A DNA stretch of 64,000 nt from Octopus vulgaris (taxonomy: Eukaryota), in the NCBI GenBank assembly GCA_951406725.2, contig OX597823.1:74400001-74464000 (forward strand), read 5' to 3'. Numbering within the stretch: position 1 is the first letter of the stretch; the number at the start of each line of letters is the position of its first letter. Shown piece by piece: positions 1 to 14,129 of this stretch. The position numbers were made by a program, and so were the translations under genes. Under the pieces are notes generated by a model that ran no database searches, was not told the DNA's origin, and saw only the letters and a program-made list of their open reading frames with translations.

Positions 1-29
1 AATGATCAGTCAATATATACTCAAACTGT

Positions 30-849
30 TTTATAAGTAATAGAGTAAGGACTTTTCTGTTACCCATCTTACACTTTTCTTTTGATAACAAATACAAATT
101 ATGTCACCATTTCAACTCATTTTGCAATGGTAATGCAAGTGTAAAATCCTAGCTGCAATGCTTTCTGCACAACGTTGGTAAGAAACAGATCTCCCGTAGT
201 TGATAAATTTCTGTATATTATGTAGCATAGACATATGAGTATCATTACAAAAGACGTTATAGTATTAGTATTATCTATGTATGTGTTTATAGTAAATGTA
301 TCATGCCAGATATTGCTTTGTTGAATATGTACTGAATGTTAACACCCAACAAAGGAAATAAATGCAAATGATAATCTGGAGGAGCCAGTCTTAGATATAT
401 TTTAGGTTAACTTGTAGTATAAACGACTGCCTGACAAGATGAACAATCACATACTCGAATAACACAAAATTTATATAATTCTTAATATCCTGATTATCTT
501 CAATCCAAAGGTTTATTTAAATAATATAATTTTCAAAGCGGTAGTTTCTTTCAATCGTAAGATTTACTCGCATAATATTTCAATCTTATACTTCCTCATT
601 TCTATCGTTAAATTTTAATACGTAGTCACACATACACGAACGTTTAATATATATTTCAGCATGACTTGAGCAAACTAAAAGTAAGTTTCTTACTTAAAAT
701 GATTTATAAGTAACAGAGTAAGTACTATTATGTTACGTTTCTTACACTTTCCTTTCAATAGCAGATAAAAATTATGTCACCATTTCAAATCTTTCATTGG
801 TAATGCAAGTCTATGACCCAAGCTGTAATGATTTCTGTACGACGTTGGG
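30..849 (+). repeat. Diverged ~150-bp direct duplication (30-179 vs 702-849)
   Basis: Both copies read TTTATAAGTAAyAGAGTAAG...TCTTACACTTT...AAATTATGTCACCATTTCAA...TGGTAATGCAAGT...AGCTGyAATG...TTTCTGyACrACGTTGG. Confidence 0.85.
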
Positions 850-879
850 TTGGATTTTATTAGTGTGATAAGATGCGTT

Positions 880-1284
<405 letters not shown>

Positions 1285-1308
1285 CTGTGTGTGTGTGTGT
1301 GCATATAT

Positions 1309-1464
1309 TATACACTTTTACAGCTTTCAGCCGTTGAACTGCAGCCATTCTAAGGCGCTATATTCATATGTGTATGTATTCACAGACAAATAGATAGAAA
1401 GATAGATACGTAGATAGATAAATATGTAAGTATCTATCTATCTATCCATCTATCTATCTATCTG

Positions 1465-1503
<39 letters not shown>

Positions 1504-1614
1504 CATTAGCTATCTATCTTTCTGTCTATCTCTCTGTAAATGCATGCACTTACATATGAACATAGTGCCTTGGAATGGTCGCAGTTAAATGGCCGAAAAC
1601 TTTAAAAGTGTATA
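1309..1614. repeat. Old imperfect inverted repeat (~100-bp arms) built from SINE/L2-type 3' tails plus (GATA)n
   Basis: TATACACTTTTACAGCTTTCAGCCG...CCATTCTAAGGCGCTATATTCATATG mirrors CATATGAACATAGTGCCTTGGAATGG...GGCCGAAAACTTTAAAAGTGTATA. Confidence 0.75.
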
Positions 1615-2231
1615 TTAGTATTTAGATGGATACACTCACAGGTTAGTACACGCACATAACACATACTTATATGTTTGTGATTAAGCGTCATGTATTTGAA
1701 TGTATTAAAATTGTTAGTAATAGAGCAAGGGGCATTTATGCGCTGTGATATTCATCATTGAATGTTTATTAATATAGCGTGTTCGAAGGGTATTATAATG
1801 TTTCCAATATTGATGATATATAAACAAAAATTTAAAGTGACCCTATTAAAATGTAAATAACACAGGAAAACCCATTTTAGTGCTGTAATCAATGAACTTG
1901 TTATTTTGCATTACAAGTTACACTGAAATTGCTTTTTTTTGTTTTTATAATGCAGATCTTTACTAGCACACCATTAAACCACAGTATGTAAGTGAGACTA
2001 ATATGTATATTATCCCAACTTTACTCAAGGACAACTATGTAATTGACAGAAAATAATTGTTTGCCAGCTATTAATTATATATATATTTCAAAATTCCTTT
2101 CGCCTCTGTTTTATTATAGAAATGCGTGTTTGAAGAAGGGTTAGATTTGAACTCAATATGATCGACCAGCGAAGCAGATATCATAATGTAGTCTATACGC
2201 CCCTCACACCTGTTCAAAACATAACTCTAAA

Positions 2232-2271
<40 letters not shown>

Positions 2272-2292
2272 TACATATGCATGCATGTATAA

Positions 2293-2500
2293 AGAGCTGG
2301 CGAGCAGGCATAATCATTAGTACCCGGGCAAAATGCTTAGCAGCATTTCGTCAAACTTTAAGTTCAAAATTCATATTCCACCGAGTTGGAATTTGACTTT
2401 CATCCTTGCGGGGTCGATAAAAATATATCAGTTGAGCACTGGGAATCGATGTAATCGACTTACAGCCTCCTCGGAAATTGCTGGCCTTAAACCAAACTTT
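2293..2500 (+). mobile_element. tRNA-derived SINE, family A (Nin-domain-like)
   Basis: Head with GTTCAAA B-box-like motif, then CTTTCATCCTT.CGGGGTCGATAAAA; same family as 21047-21998. Confidence 0.8.
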
Positions 2501-2621
2501 GGTATATAAAGAAATTGGAAAACACACACATATACATGCATACATGTATATAACTATTATGTTTATATATATATATGTGTGTGCATGTGTCTGTATGTGT
2601 GTGTACGTGTATACATATATA

Positions 2622-2660
<39 letters not shown>

Positions 2661-2665
2661 CTATG

Positions 2666-2709
<44 letters not shown>

Positions 2710-3740
2710 CTGAATACAAGGAAACAAACTTCTCATATATAGTCAAATAAAACATAGTTTAGAAATGAGAATATAAATTTAGCATAAAGATTTATGGTGG
2801 TAAGCATTGAAAGTTTGGTTAATATAAAATTCAATTTCTTCAATATTATATTGTCTCTGGAGATGAATATTCTCCTCCCGCCCAATATATTTCTTAAGCT
2901 ATTTATAACTTATTTTATCAATAACATACAAACATAACTTTTGAATCAGCATAGTCCGAAGTCAAAGGGTCTATTTTAATTTCCGTTCTGTCTTTCTGTC
3001 CCGTCAAGGGACCCATATTGTATGTTAGTATCTCACAATAGCAGTTATTTGATTAAATGCGAATTTAAAAATTTGTAAAGTAGAATTGTTCGCAATGAAA
3101 ATATAAACATTAAATTCAAAACTAAACAATAGATGAAATAATTGAAAAAAAAAACGAAACACATGAAAAACTTTTGAAAATTTCAAAAGGGATATTTCGG
3201 AGAATTTTAATCATGTGCTCATAATGAAAACAGATTTTTGTATAATGTATTTTGCGTATGCATTTTGTTGTAAAATATGTAAATCCATATATGATAGTTA
3301 GTAATATAATCTGTGAGTGTAAATGACAGATGTCCATGTAAATAATTTTAGTGAACAAAAAAAATAAATAAATAAATAAACAAGAAAATATTGAACCAAA
3401 GTATAAAAAGTACGACAAATGCAAAAAAAGACAGCATACAATGCATCTACATTCATAGTTTTTATCATTCATTTGTATATTTATATATAATAAGTTTAGA
3501 GAGACTCTCATGAATTCGTGTATAATTTACAAAGAGTTATGGGAATAATATTTCTAGATTTCGTGAGTAAAATGAAAATTCTATAATGCCTCAAAATTGT
3601 ATCATATTTATTTACTATTTAGTTAAATAAAGACTGCCAAGGCTATATGAGAGTTTGACACACGAACGCATGCACATACATGAATGTCTGTCTATTTAGA
3701 TATGTGGGCATGTGCGAAGAAGTGTTGATATGCCTAAATA

Positions 3741-3784
<44 letters not shown>

Positions 3785-4354
3785 TGTATGTATGTATATA
3801 TGTATATATGCAGGTGCTTGTGTGTAAATGTAGCTATATATAGTCGCAATTTGCTGCCGGACGATTTTCGTCTACTATTGAAATGTTCCATTTATGGCTG
3901 TAAGTGGTTTCCATGATGTATCTGCTTTACGTATGATATACGGTTTGCTATTTTAAATTAATCCTATCTCTGTTGCACATAATGAATACATAAATACATA
4001 CATACATCTATATGTGAATGCATATATATATGTGTGTCTATCTATATATGTTTTCAGGTGGACGTCCAAGTGTATCGAATTTCTTGGAAGGCACGAGTGG
4101 TTGAAAGGATTGCAACACTTCAGGAATTATTGCAAATAACATTACATGCTGAAGTAACACAGCAAGATGAATGCACTTACATAATCATATAGAATTTTTC
4201 CAGCGGTACATTTCTGAAGGTGAAATTGAAAATAATTTTGTCTGTGTTGTTATTTAGAACGAAAGGAATTCAAACATTTTCAGCTATTCACCTTGATGGG
4301 TGAATGCTTTTGGCTTTTGGGAAGTTAGTCTTTTAATATAAACAAACAAATATA

Positions 4355-4492
4355 GGCACAGGCGTGGATGTGTGGTAAGTAGCTTGCTTACCAACCATAC
4401 AGTTCCGGGTTCAAACCCACTGAGTGGCACCTTGGGCGCCGATCAAAGCCATGTGAGTGTATTTGGTAGATGGAAACTGAAATGAGCCCGTC

Positions 4493-4562
<70 letters not shown>

Positions 4563-4563
4563 G

Positions 4564-4657
<94 letters not shown>

Positions 4658-5173
4658 TATATGTGGAGTCACAATTGCTCAGTGGTTAGGGCAGCGAACT
4701 CGCGGTCGTAGGATCGCGGTTTCGATTCCCAGACCGGGCGTTGTGAGTGTTTATTGCGCGAAAACACCTAAAATCTCCACGAGGCTCCGGCAGGGGGTGG
4801 TGATCCCTGCTGTACTCTTTCACCACAATTTCTCTCACTCTTTCTTCTGTTGACCTGCTCGCTTAGCCAGCGGGGTGGCGTCATTCGAAGGCTAAGACAA
4901 TGCGAATGCATTGTGACCAGCGCTGAGTAGCAACATCTGATGGTCTGGTCATTCACGTGATCACGTGATATATGTTTATGTATATATATGTGTGTCTGTA
5001 TTTGACGCCCCCCCAACATCACTTGACAACCAATGCTGGTGTGTTTACGTCCCCGTAACTTAGCGGTTCAGCAAAAGAACCCGATTGAATAAGTATTAGG
5101 CTTACAAGGATTTGTTCGTCTAAAGGCGATTTTCAATTATGGCCGCAGTAGTAAGACTGAAACAAGTAAAAGA
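4355..5173 (+). mobile_element. tRNA-derived SINE, family B (CORE-like, L2-type tail, internal microsatellite), interrupted by a nested SINE
   Basis: GGCACAGGCGTGGATGTGTGGTAAG...GGGTTCAAACCC...CACCTTGGGC head and ATGGCCGCAGT...GACTGAAACAAGTAAAAGA tail; matches 55096-55504 and 56618-57017. Confidence 0.88.
4661..4967 (+). mobile_element. tRNA-derived SINE, family C, with 12-bp TSD
   Basis: A/B boxes (TGCTCAGTGG; GTTTCGATTCC); TSD ATATATGTTTAT at 4649-4660 and 4968-4979; second copy at 44953-45210. Confidence 0.9.
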
Positions 5174-5720
5174 AAAACATAATTTCTACATATGTATGTA
5201 TGCATGTGTGTATGTATGTATGTATGTTCTTGTAATTTTAGAGAAATTTTGACCTTTAAACATCATCCTTCAAATATTGAGAGAATTTTGCAAATTTTTA
5301 TAGTCCCAGATATCGTAATCATTTGTAACATACGCTTCTCAAGATCCGAAGTTCAGCTATATTTTGCTCCAGATGGATTTATAAGTATCCTGTATGTATG
5401 TATGTATGTATGTATTAATGTATGTATGTATGTACGTATGTATGTATGTATGTATGTATGTATGTATGTATGTATATATGTATATATGTAGGTATCAATA
5501 TCAATAATACAGTGATTGTTTCTTGTCAGGAACAAAAATATTAATAGGACTGCTATAGAAGTGCTCTATTGAAAGAGACAAAATTATCAAAATAAAGTTA
5601 TTGAACAAACAAATGCAAGGTCATCTTCATAGCATTTCATAATTCGAACATTTAATCATAGAATATACATATAAACATCCCACAAGAGGGAACTTAATTC
5701 ATCTGTACAAGCATACAATC

Positions 5721-5723
<3 letters not shown>

Positions 5724-5759
<36 letters not shown>
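5724..5759. repeat. (AAT)n microsatellite
   Basis: Seen directly. Confidence 0.95.
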
Positions 5760-6249
5760 GGTGCGACAAAAATTTTTTTCATCACAGTTTAGAGTTAATA
5801 CTTTAGCGATTCAGAAAAATACATTTTTTAAAAAAAAACATTACAATACCTAGAAAGTAAAAATATAATATAAAGTAATATATAAAAATATATAAAATAT
5901 ATATATATATATTTATATATATATTTATATATATATATATATATATTTATATACCACTAAGTGGACACTTAGACCTTTGTGCACACAATAAGTCCCCCAA
6001 ATTCTTAGTCTTCCCACTATACCAATGCTCGGACAACACCACAGACCAAACACGAATAAATAAGGAAAGTAATCTTATTCAAAAATACAGACCACAACTA
6101 AACATACTCTAACATACCCCCTGGAAGCACATCCAGAGCAAGCACACAGGGACGCGCGCACGCTCACAGCATATCGTGCGGGCGGGCACATGCGCGCATC
6201 GGCACGCATAGGACACACTAGCGGGCATTGACCGCACACATACGTGGCA

Positions 6250-6478
6250 TGCACACGCATGCATTATATATATGTAGGTGATATATGTGTGTGTGTGTGT
6301 GTGTGTGCACTGTGTGCGTGTGTGTGTATATGTGTGTGTGCGCGCGTTGTATGTGTTTGTGTGTGTGCACGTGTGTATATATGTGTGTGTGTGTGTGCAC
6401 TGTGTGCGGGTGTGTGTGTATGTGTGTGTGTGTGTGTGTGTGAGCATTGTATACGTGTGTATGTATTTACATATGTAT

Positions 6479-6522
<44 letters not shown>

Positions 6523-7560
6523 TGTGTGTGTATATGCATGGTATGTGTGTATATGTTAGTACTTTGTTTGTGTGTATGTGCGGCATGTAGAGATATATTT
6601 GAGTGTGTACGCTATAGGTTTGTAATTTGTGTGTGTGGGGGGTGGTGAATTTTTTATATATATATGTGTGTGTGTATGTGTGTGAAAAAATATATGTATG
6701 TGCATGTATGTATGTATGTATGTGTGTATATATATATATATATATGTGTATATATATGTGTGTGTGTGTATGTGTGTGTGTGTATATTTATTGGCATGTT
6801 TATGTGTGTATAAACATGTACATTATTTGCATGCGCATTGTATATATGTATATTGTATGTATGTGTATTGTATATGTACGTGTACAATTAAGTGTATATA
6901 TTTGTGTGTATGTGTGCACTGTATATATGTATATTGTAGGTGTGCTATATGTGCATGAATACATGTATATGCATTGCGTGTATATATATGTATGCATTGT
7001 GTGTGCATGTATGTTATGTGTGTGTGTGTGTATATATATATTATATGTATGCGTACGTGTATGTGTATGCATTGTATGTATGTGTGTTGTGTGTATATGT
7101 GGTACATCTATGTATGTGTATGTAAACACTATTTATATGTATATGTGTATATATGTATATGCATTGTCTATATATATATATATTGTATGTATGTATTGCG
7201 TATGTATATTGCATGCATATATTGTGTATGTATATTACTTACATGCTGTATGTGTGTATTGTATGTGTGTATATATATATGCTAGGTGTATTTGTGTGAT
7301 ATTTATATTATGTATGTATGTGTGCGTGTGTTGTGTGTGTGTGTGTGTATGTGTGTTATATATCTGTGTATATTATATATAGATACATGTTATATTTGTG
7401 TGCTGTGTATATATGTGATATATGTGGGTGCGTTGTGTGTGGGTGTGTGTGTTCTGTGTGTGTGTGTGTTGTCTGTATGTGGTTTGTGTTTGTATACTAT
7501 GTGTGTGTGTGTGTGTGTGTTGTTGTGTGTGTGTGTGTTTGTGTGTATATATATGTGTGT
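6250..7560. repeat. ~1.3-kb degenerate (TG)/(TA) mosaic low-complexity tract
   Basis: Continuous imperfect purine-pyrimidine alternation, G/T-rich on the + strand. Confidence 0.9.
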
Positions 7561-7917
7561 GACAAACAGACGCTGTCTGACCAGCAGGCACGGACACATC
7601 TATTCACACCCGCATACTAACCTCCTGATAACCCCAAAATCATTCATGCATAAAGGGGAAGTATACACCACATTGGCTACTTCTGTTCTCTCAGTTCAGC
7701 CTTTCTGCTAATACTAACAGGTCAGTAAAAACATACTTAAAATATTCTGAGATGGACAAAAAATCCATTTTAATTTTTGCTGTCAAAACGCTGTATATAT
7801 ATACCAAAGATTGTATATATATACATGTAATGTGACAATTTGCGACAACCAATAATTAACGCAACCAATTCCCAATAATATATTTGTTTTATCCTTTTCT
7901 GCCAAATTTTCCCAAAT

Positions 7918-8147
7918 AATGTGACAATTATGTATAAAAAAACATTTTTGAATTCATAATATCCAATGTGACAATTATGTAAAAAACTTTTTTGAATGCA
8001 TAATATTCAATGTGACAATTATGTAAAAAACTTTTTTTGAACCCATAATATCCAATGTGACAATTATGTAAAAAACTTTTTTGAATGCATAATATTCAAT
8101 GTGACAATTATGTAAAAAACTTTTTTTGAACCCATATTATTCAATGT
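7918..8147 (+). repeat. 44-47-bp minisatellite, ~5 units, with A/B alternation
   Basis: AATGTGACAATTATGTA starts at 7918, 7965, 8009, 8054 and 8098; units 2-5 alternate GAATGCATA and GAACCCATA. Confidence 0.95.
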
Positions 8148-8280
8148 TTCCTTAAATGTAACTTTTGACAATCTTTTACCAAAGAGTGAAACCGGTTAAG
8201 TAAATAAACATCGTTTAAATTGCATTTTCAAACCTTTTTTCTTATATAATCCCACTCGTGCGATACCCCACAACTCAACT

Positions 8281-8341
<61 letters not shown>

Positions 8342-9130
8342 AGCATATAAGTTTAAAGATGTATGTATGTATGTATGTATGTATGCATGCATAAATGTAT
8401 AAATGTATGTATGCATGTCTTTATGAATGTGTGTATGTGTTTATGTATCTATGTATGTCATTATTCAGTTTTCTTTCCCACAGAGGAAGAACCGGTTTCT
8501 AACCTAGATCGAATGTCCCTTCTCTGGAATTTCGATATCAACAACCGAGTATTTTTGTATGTATGTATATGTACAGATTTGTACAGACACACACGCACAC
8601 ACACTCTCTCTCTCTCTCACACACACACATATATATATATACATATGTCTTTGTGAGAGCAACATATAAAGAGCGGTAATTTTTGTCGAGTGTAACTAGG
8701 CTCTTTGTGGTTTGAATCACTATCTCCAATTTTGCTGAAATCGTCTCCAAATGTAGGATATAGATTAAGTTTTGTATACTAATTACGAAAATGAAAATCA
8801 CATTTCGTATAAATTTATTATTGTAAAGTTATTAGCCTTTAAACTTTTCACAATTTGGGTGGGTATTTTAACGAATTAAAAGCTAGTATTTTGCACATCA
8901 CCGCGAAATTCTTCTAGCATAGTAAGCAAAGAACTCTGTTTCTTCAGTAAGCAAGCAGTGTAACCCCACGCGCTCTATAACTGTTTGCAAAGAAGTCTGT
9001 TTCCATCGGAACCAATGATGCTGCGCATGCGCACAAGGAGTTTAATCATCATGTGTTCCCAGATTGTTTGTTTTCATAACAATAGGAATTGGATTCGAGA
9101 ACGGTATAGAGGTTTTAGAACAGTGACGAG

Positions 9131-9968
9131 ATGGTCACATCTTTAAACTTTGTTTGATAGAAAAAAGTAAGACGGAAGAGGATGCAACGTATTTCTTTGA
9201 GGAGAAAGGAATAATATCTGAGAAGATTTGTTGCAAAGGACATCCAAGGGAGAAAAAAACAATTTGTGGGAATTTGTACTTGTGTTGCTAACGAAGTATC
9301 TGTGTCTCTTCGAAAAGATTGGAAGTTGACTCCCTTTCTCTGAGAACGATAATTTTTTCATACTCCTGGATCAAGGAAATGATCTCAATCCGTTTTTGTA
9401 ATGAAGAACTTGGTATGAATCCAAGCACAGCTGTTCATTACAACAATTTTGTTCCTGAGTTGTGTACAGTGGACCTGCTCCGCGATCCAGTTCAGATAGG
9501 TGATCCCGGAAGGATCATTAAAACAGACGAAACAGTGTACGCACAACGCAAATATGACCGAGGGAGGATGTTACCTAAGTAGTGGGTCCTTGGAGGAGTA
9601 TGTTGCGAGACGAGCGAAGTTTACCTTTACGCTGTACCAGATTGTAAACGCGAAACACTAGAGGACGACATACGACACTCATTTCTTCTGTGAGTTGTGG
9701 AGAGCTTATAATCACATCCCAGAAATCGATGGCTATGATTTCAAACATAAAACTGAACTATAGCATCGAATTTATATAGTCAAAATATGGCACTAACACT
9801 CAACAAATTGAGAGTACATGGGCGTCTTTAAAGCGTGAAAACAAGCGTTGATGTGGGACACATTGTTCCATGGTTAACTCGTATCTTTGCGAATTTATGG
9901 GGAGGAGATATGAGAAAAATAATCTATTTTATACAATCCTAGAGTGCATTGCAAACTTTCGCTCTTAA
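9131..9968 (+). pseudogene. Merlin / IS1595(ISXO2)-like DDE transposase, decayed
   Basis: Across stops and frameshifts it reads QIGDPGRIIKTDETVYAQRKYDRGRMLPK*WVLGG...AVPDCKRETL...WRAYNHI...TNTQQIESTWASLKR...SYLCEFM, matching the IGGPG..VEIDE..RKYNRGR..WVFGG..HTQ.IE..W..SYL.EF pattern. Confidence 0.88.
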
Positions 9969-10447
9969 ATTTTTTCACTGAAAAATGTCTATTTTAAGCA
10001 ATGATTTTGACTGTTATTTCTAGCAACATACATTCATACATACATACATTCATACATACATACATACATACATGCATAGATACATATACACATACATACA
10101 TATGTATATATACAAAAATACACATACGCGCGCGCACATGCACACACATACACACAACACACATATATAGTATAAAGTCTATTTGCCAATGTGTCAATCC
10201 TACGTAGGATGATGTTACTACATTTTAGCCCCAGGAAACTATATTTTCTACGTGATCTTTGTCCGTATACTGTTACCGAAGGAGTTGATTGTACCCTTTC
10301 TAGCTGTAGACTAATGGGTTCTGAGTTATATCTCTTCCTCTGTACGGGACAATCGCCAGTTAGAGATGGCAGTCACACGACCTTGCTCACGGTATATACT
10401 TTTGAAGCAACACGCAATCGCTGATCCCGTGAAGAGAAAAACAACTA

Positions 10448-11738
10448 CGAGGGACGTTCAATAAATAATGCCTCTGACCCACTTGCAGTTGTTTGATCTA
10501 CCTGAAATATTGCATGTGTAATCATTTATATCTCTATGGAGTAAGTGGCAAATTACAGCTCTGAATTAATTGTGGTTTCTGATTTACAGGTGTTTGAACC
10601 GAGTCAAGTGTGAAATGGAGCCTGTTGAGTGTCGAGCAGTGATCCGGTTTCTGTATTTGAAAGGATGCACACTATGGGAGACTTTTGATGAAATGAAATT
10701 AACTTATGGTGATGATGCCCCATCATATGACCTTGTAAAACGCTGGCATCGTGAATTCAAACATGGTCGGAACTCTGTGGAAACAGCTCCCAGATCTGGT
10801 CGCCCCCTTCTACCATTGATGAGGCATCTATTCGTCAAGTTGAGGCTGCCATTTTGGAAGATCGACGCATAATTATTCGCCAAATAGCCCATGAGGTCAA
10901 GATTAGTACCGGATCTGTGGAAACTATCATTCATGACCATTTGCATATGCAAAAGGTGTCTGCCAGGTGGATTCCCAGGTTGCTCACGCCTTTCCAGAAG
11001 CAAGAACGCGTCGAGTGCTCGAGGGTGAATTTGGAGATGTGCCAAGAAGATGAGTCAAAATTTTTCAAAAGACTGATTACACAGGATGAAACCTGGGTCC
11101 GTCACGATGATCCAGAGACCAAAGCCCAGTCAATGCAGTGGAAGCACCGTGACTCACCCCCTCCAAAGAAGGCAAGGGTGCAGCCCTCCGCTGGCAAGGT
11201 CATGCTCACAGTCTTCTGGGACCAGGACGGAGTAGTGATGACAGATTTCCTGGCAAAGGGTACCACAATTGCAGGAGCCTATTATGCTTCACTTTTGAGG
11301 AAATTAAGAGAAGTTATCAAAATCAAGAGGCGGGGCAAGATCAACAAAGGCATCCTCCTCCTGCAGGACAACGCTCCGGTCCACAACTCGCTTGTCGCCA
11401 GATCAGAAGCACAGGCGTATGGCTATGAACTCCTCCCCATCCCCCCTACTTTCCTGACCTTGCACCCTCTGATTTTCACCTCTTCCCAATCATGAAGTTG
11501 ATTTTGAAAGGAAAGCGTTTCCCAGATGATGCAGCCTTGATTTCTGAAGTCACGTTGAGGTTGGAGGACCAAGCTGGGTTCTTCTACAAAAATGGTCTCC
11601 AGAGCCGTATCAAACAATGGGAGAAATACGTAACTCTGGGTGGTTCCTATGTAGAAAAAGACTAATAACTGTGCCAAGTTTCGTTGCTCTACTGCTATGT
11701 GAAGTGGGTCAGGGGCATTACTTCTTGAACGCCCCTCG
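10448..11738 (+). mobile_element. Full-length mariner (DD34D) DNA transposon, 1291 bp
   Basis: TIRs CGAGGGACGTTCAATAAATAATGCCTCTGACCCACTT and AAGTGGGTCAGGGGCATTACTTCTTGAACGCCCCTCG; TA TSD at 10446-10447 and 11739-11740. Confidence 0.97.
10615..11665 (+). pseudogene. Mariner transposase with two frameshifts (~10806 and ~11438)
   Basis: MEPVECRAVIRFL..HTH..RSGRP; WIPRLL; ITQDETW; QDNAPVH; PDLAPSDF, with 34 residues between the 2nd and 3rd Asp after repairing the frameshift; ends YVEKD* at 11665. Confidence 0.95.
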
Positions 11739-12776
11739 TAATTTTAAATCTCTGAACGAGAAATATGTAGCAACATTACCGTACAATAAAATCTATTTAC
11801 CAACACTATCTGGCGGTCCTATGCAGGATAATGTTACTACTTTTTAGCCGCAGCAAAACATCGTTTCCATCTGGTTACCGCATATGGTTTGTGTCCATTT
11901 ACTGCGAGCAAGGAAGTTTATTGCTCCCTTTCTAGCCTTAGCGATACATTTATATCAACGATTTTTAGGTTATTTCCCTTCCTCGGTACAGGACAATCGT
12001 AGAAATTTTAAAGCAATATTCAGTACACTATTTAAAGTTTAGGTTGTTTTTTCTAATATATTTTCCGGAGAAATGCATGCAAATATCATAGTCTAATCTC
12101 CTACATAATTGAATTATGCACTTTCAGAATAACGCATTTTTAATACTGTATGTTTGTAATGTATGCGTTAGAATGAGGAAGATGTAACACTTTGAAGAAA
12201 TATACTTAAACCGAGAATATATATCAGTGGTCATGTGCCTTCTGGAAATGTATATAATTATTGGTAAATTATATTTGAAAACAGTGTTGATGAAATAGAA
12301 TTGAATGAAGACTTAAAAGTTTTAATGAAATATCAAACAGTCAGCTCTTTGCACGACGCGAAGAAATCATATACACAAGATTTAAATGAAACTGCAAATG
12401 CAATAAAATTTTGCAGAAATTTTCAGAAGCAAAATAAAAAAGAAAAGAAAAGCACCAAATCAAAAATTAGGCAGCTTTATTTTTTCTAGATTATAAGCAA
12501 CAGATTTCTACGAGAAATCATATAATTTGTTGGAGAAATTGCTTACATTGTAAAATGATATTTGCAGAATAAAACTGCACACACAAAAATCACATACACA
12601 CACACCTACACATGTATCCTCATAACGAGTGACCATATATAGGTGTATATAATGATCAAAACATACATACATTTGATGCAATTTCTTTCTTTCAATTTCA
12701 TGATACAACGGGACCTTAGAAACAGATAGTTTTCTCAGTACGTGGTATCCTTTGGTTTGAAAACCAAGGATGGGTC

Positions 12777-12839
<63 letters not shown>

Positions 12840-12852
12840 CTCTCTCTCTCTA

Positions 12853-12881
<29 letters not shown>

Positions 12882-12889
<8 letters not shown>

Positions 12890-13660
12890 GTACTTGGAGA
12901 ATAAGAACGGAACGAAACGAACGAATCGAATCGCGAAACTCCTTATCTCTTTGCTTTACCTTCCCTTCTCTCTCTCTCTCTCTCTCACTCCTCCTCATCT
13001 CTCTCTCAGCCGCTTGTCCTCCTCTATCCCTCTCTCTCTCACTCCTCCTCATCTTTGTCACTGCGAGCTAAAACTACTTCCTTTTTACATGCGGCCTCCA
13101 AACTGTAAACACACTTTTTTTTCCCTTGCGCTCGCCAGAATCTTCTCCGTCTAAGCCAGAAAAAGGCCTCTTCGTTTGTTTTCTTGTTTATTTTTTATTT
13201 CTCGTATTGTATTGTCTTGTACATGTATTTTTATCTTGTATTTTATTTTGTATTTTTATTTGTATCGTTTTTACGTCCCGTTTGTGTTACATTTTTTTCT
13301 TTCTTTGTTTTTACCTCTCTGCGAAGTAATTTTATTTTAATTCTCTCGCGGGAAGGGCTAGTTTGATGAATCGTGTTCTGTCCTACCTTCGAAGCACGTT
13401 AGAGTTGAACTAGAGACAGCTGATGAAGGGGATTTTTCCTTGTGTAGTTTGTCTAGTACTCTGTTTTTCTGTTGTAAAAAAATGGTTTGTTCCATGCTTG
13501 TTTTTCCGTTTTCGTTTCTCGTTGAGTTCTACGTCTAGTTTTGGTGTCCTGTACTCACGTATATATATTTATATATGCATGTATATATACATGTAGATGT
13601 AGGTACGTACATATATGTATGTATGTATGCATATATTTTATTTATTACACTATATATATA
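12882..13660 (+). mobile_element. Non-coding PLE-like terminal-repeat element between (TA)n tracts (family P1)
   Basis: Homologous to 42493-43040 and to the arms of 45243-45770; contains CAGCTGATGAAGGGG at ~13417-13430. The PLE assignment is an inference from the HHR-like motif, inversions and (TA)n context. Confidence 0.6.
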
Positions 13661-13982
13661 TATATATATATAATTTCAACAATTGAGGGTAAAATTAATT
13701 AATTATCAATCAATTTCACCAAGTGTTCAGTATGCAAAGGGACCATTTAAGGCGAATTCAAATTATTACATTATATAAAAGGGCTTAGTAAAATAAATTA
13801 CTTTGCCGCATACTGAACTCATTAGAAATAGCAGCTAAAAAACTTTTCTAAAACTATTTCCAATACTTAAAGAAAACCTCTCTCATATAGTGTTTGCTCA
13901 ACTCAACTCACGAAAGTTGAGTTGAGCATATATATATATATATATAAGTATATATATCTATGTATACGCACACACACACACG

Positions 13983-14045
<63 letters not shown>

Positions 14046-14129
14046 GTCGCTTATTTCATGTGAGAGACTATTTATCGAATATTACGATGAATACTATCTC
14101 CAACTTCTCCAACTTTGGAGCCACAACTA

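Noticed and set aside
7918-8147. CRISPR-like regularly spaced repeat
   Set aside because: No unique spacers, no cas genes and a eukaryotic context; it is a plain minisatellite.
13360-13440. Complete hammerhead in family P1
   Set aside because: CTGATGA is present but the GAAA-like motif lies upstream, and I could not close stems I and III; kept only as a partial core.
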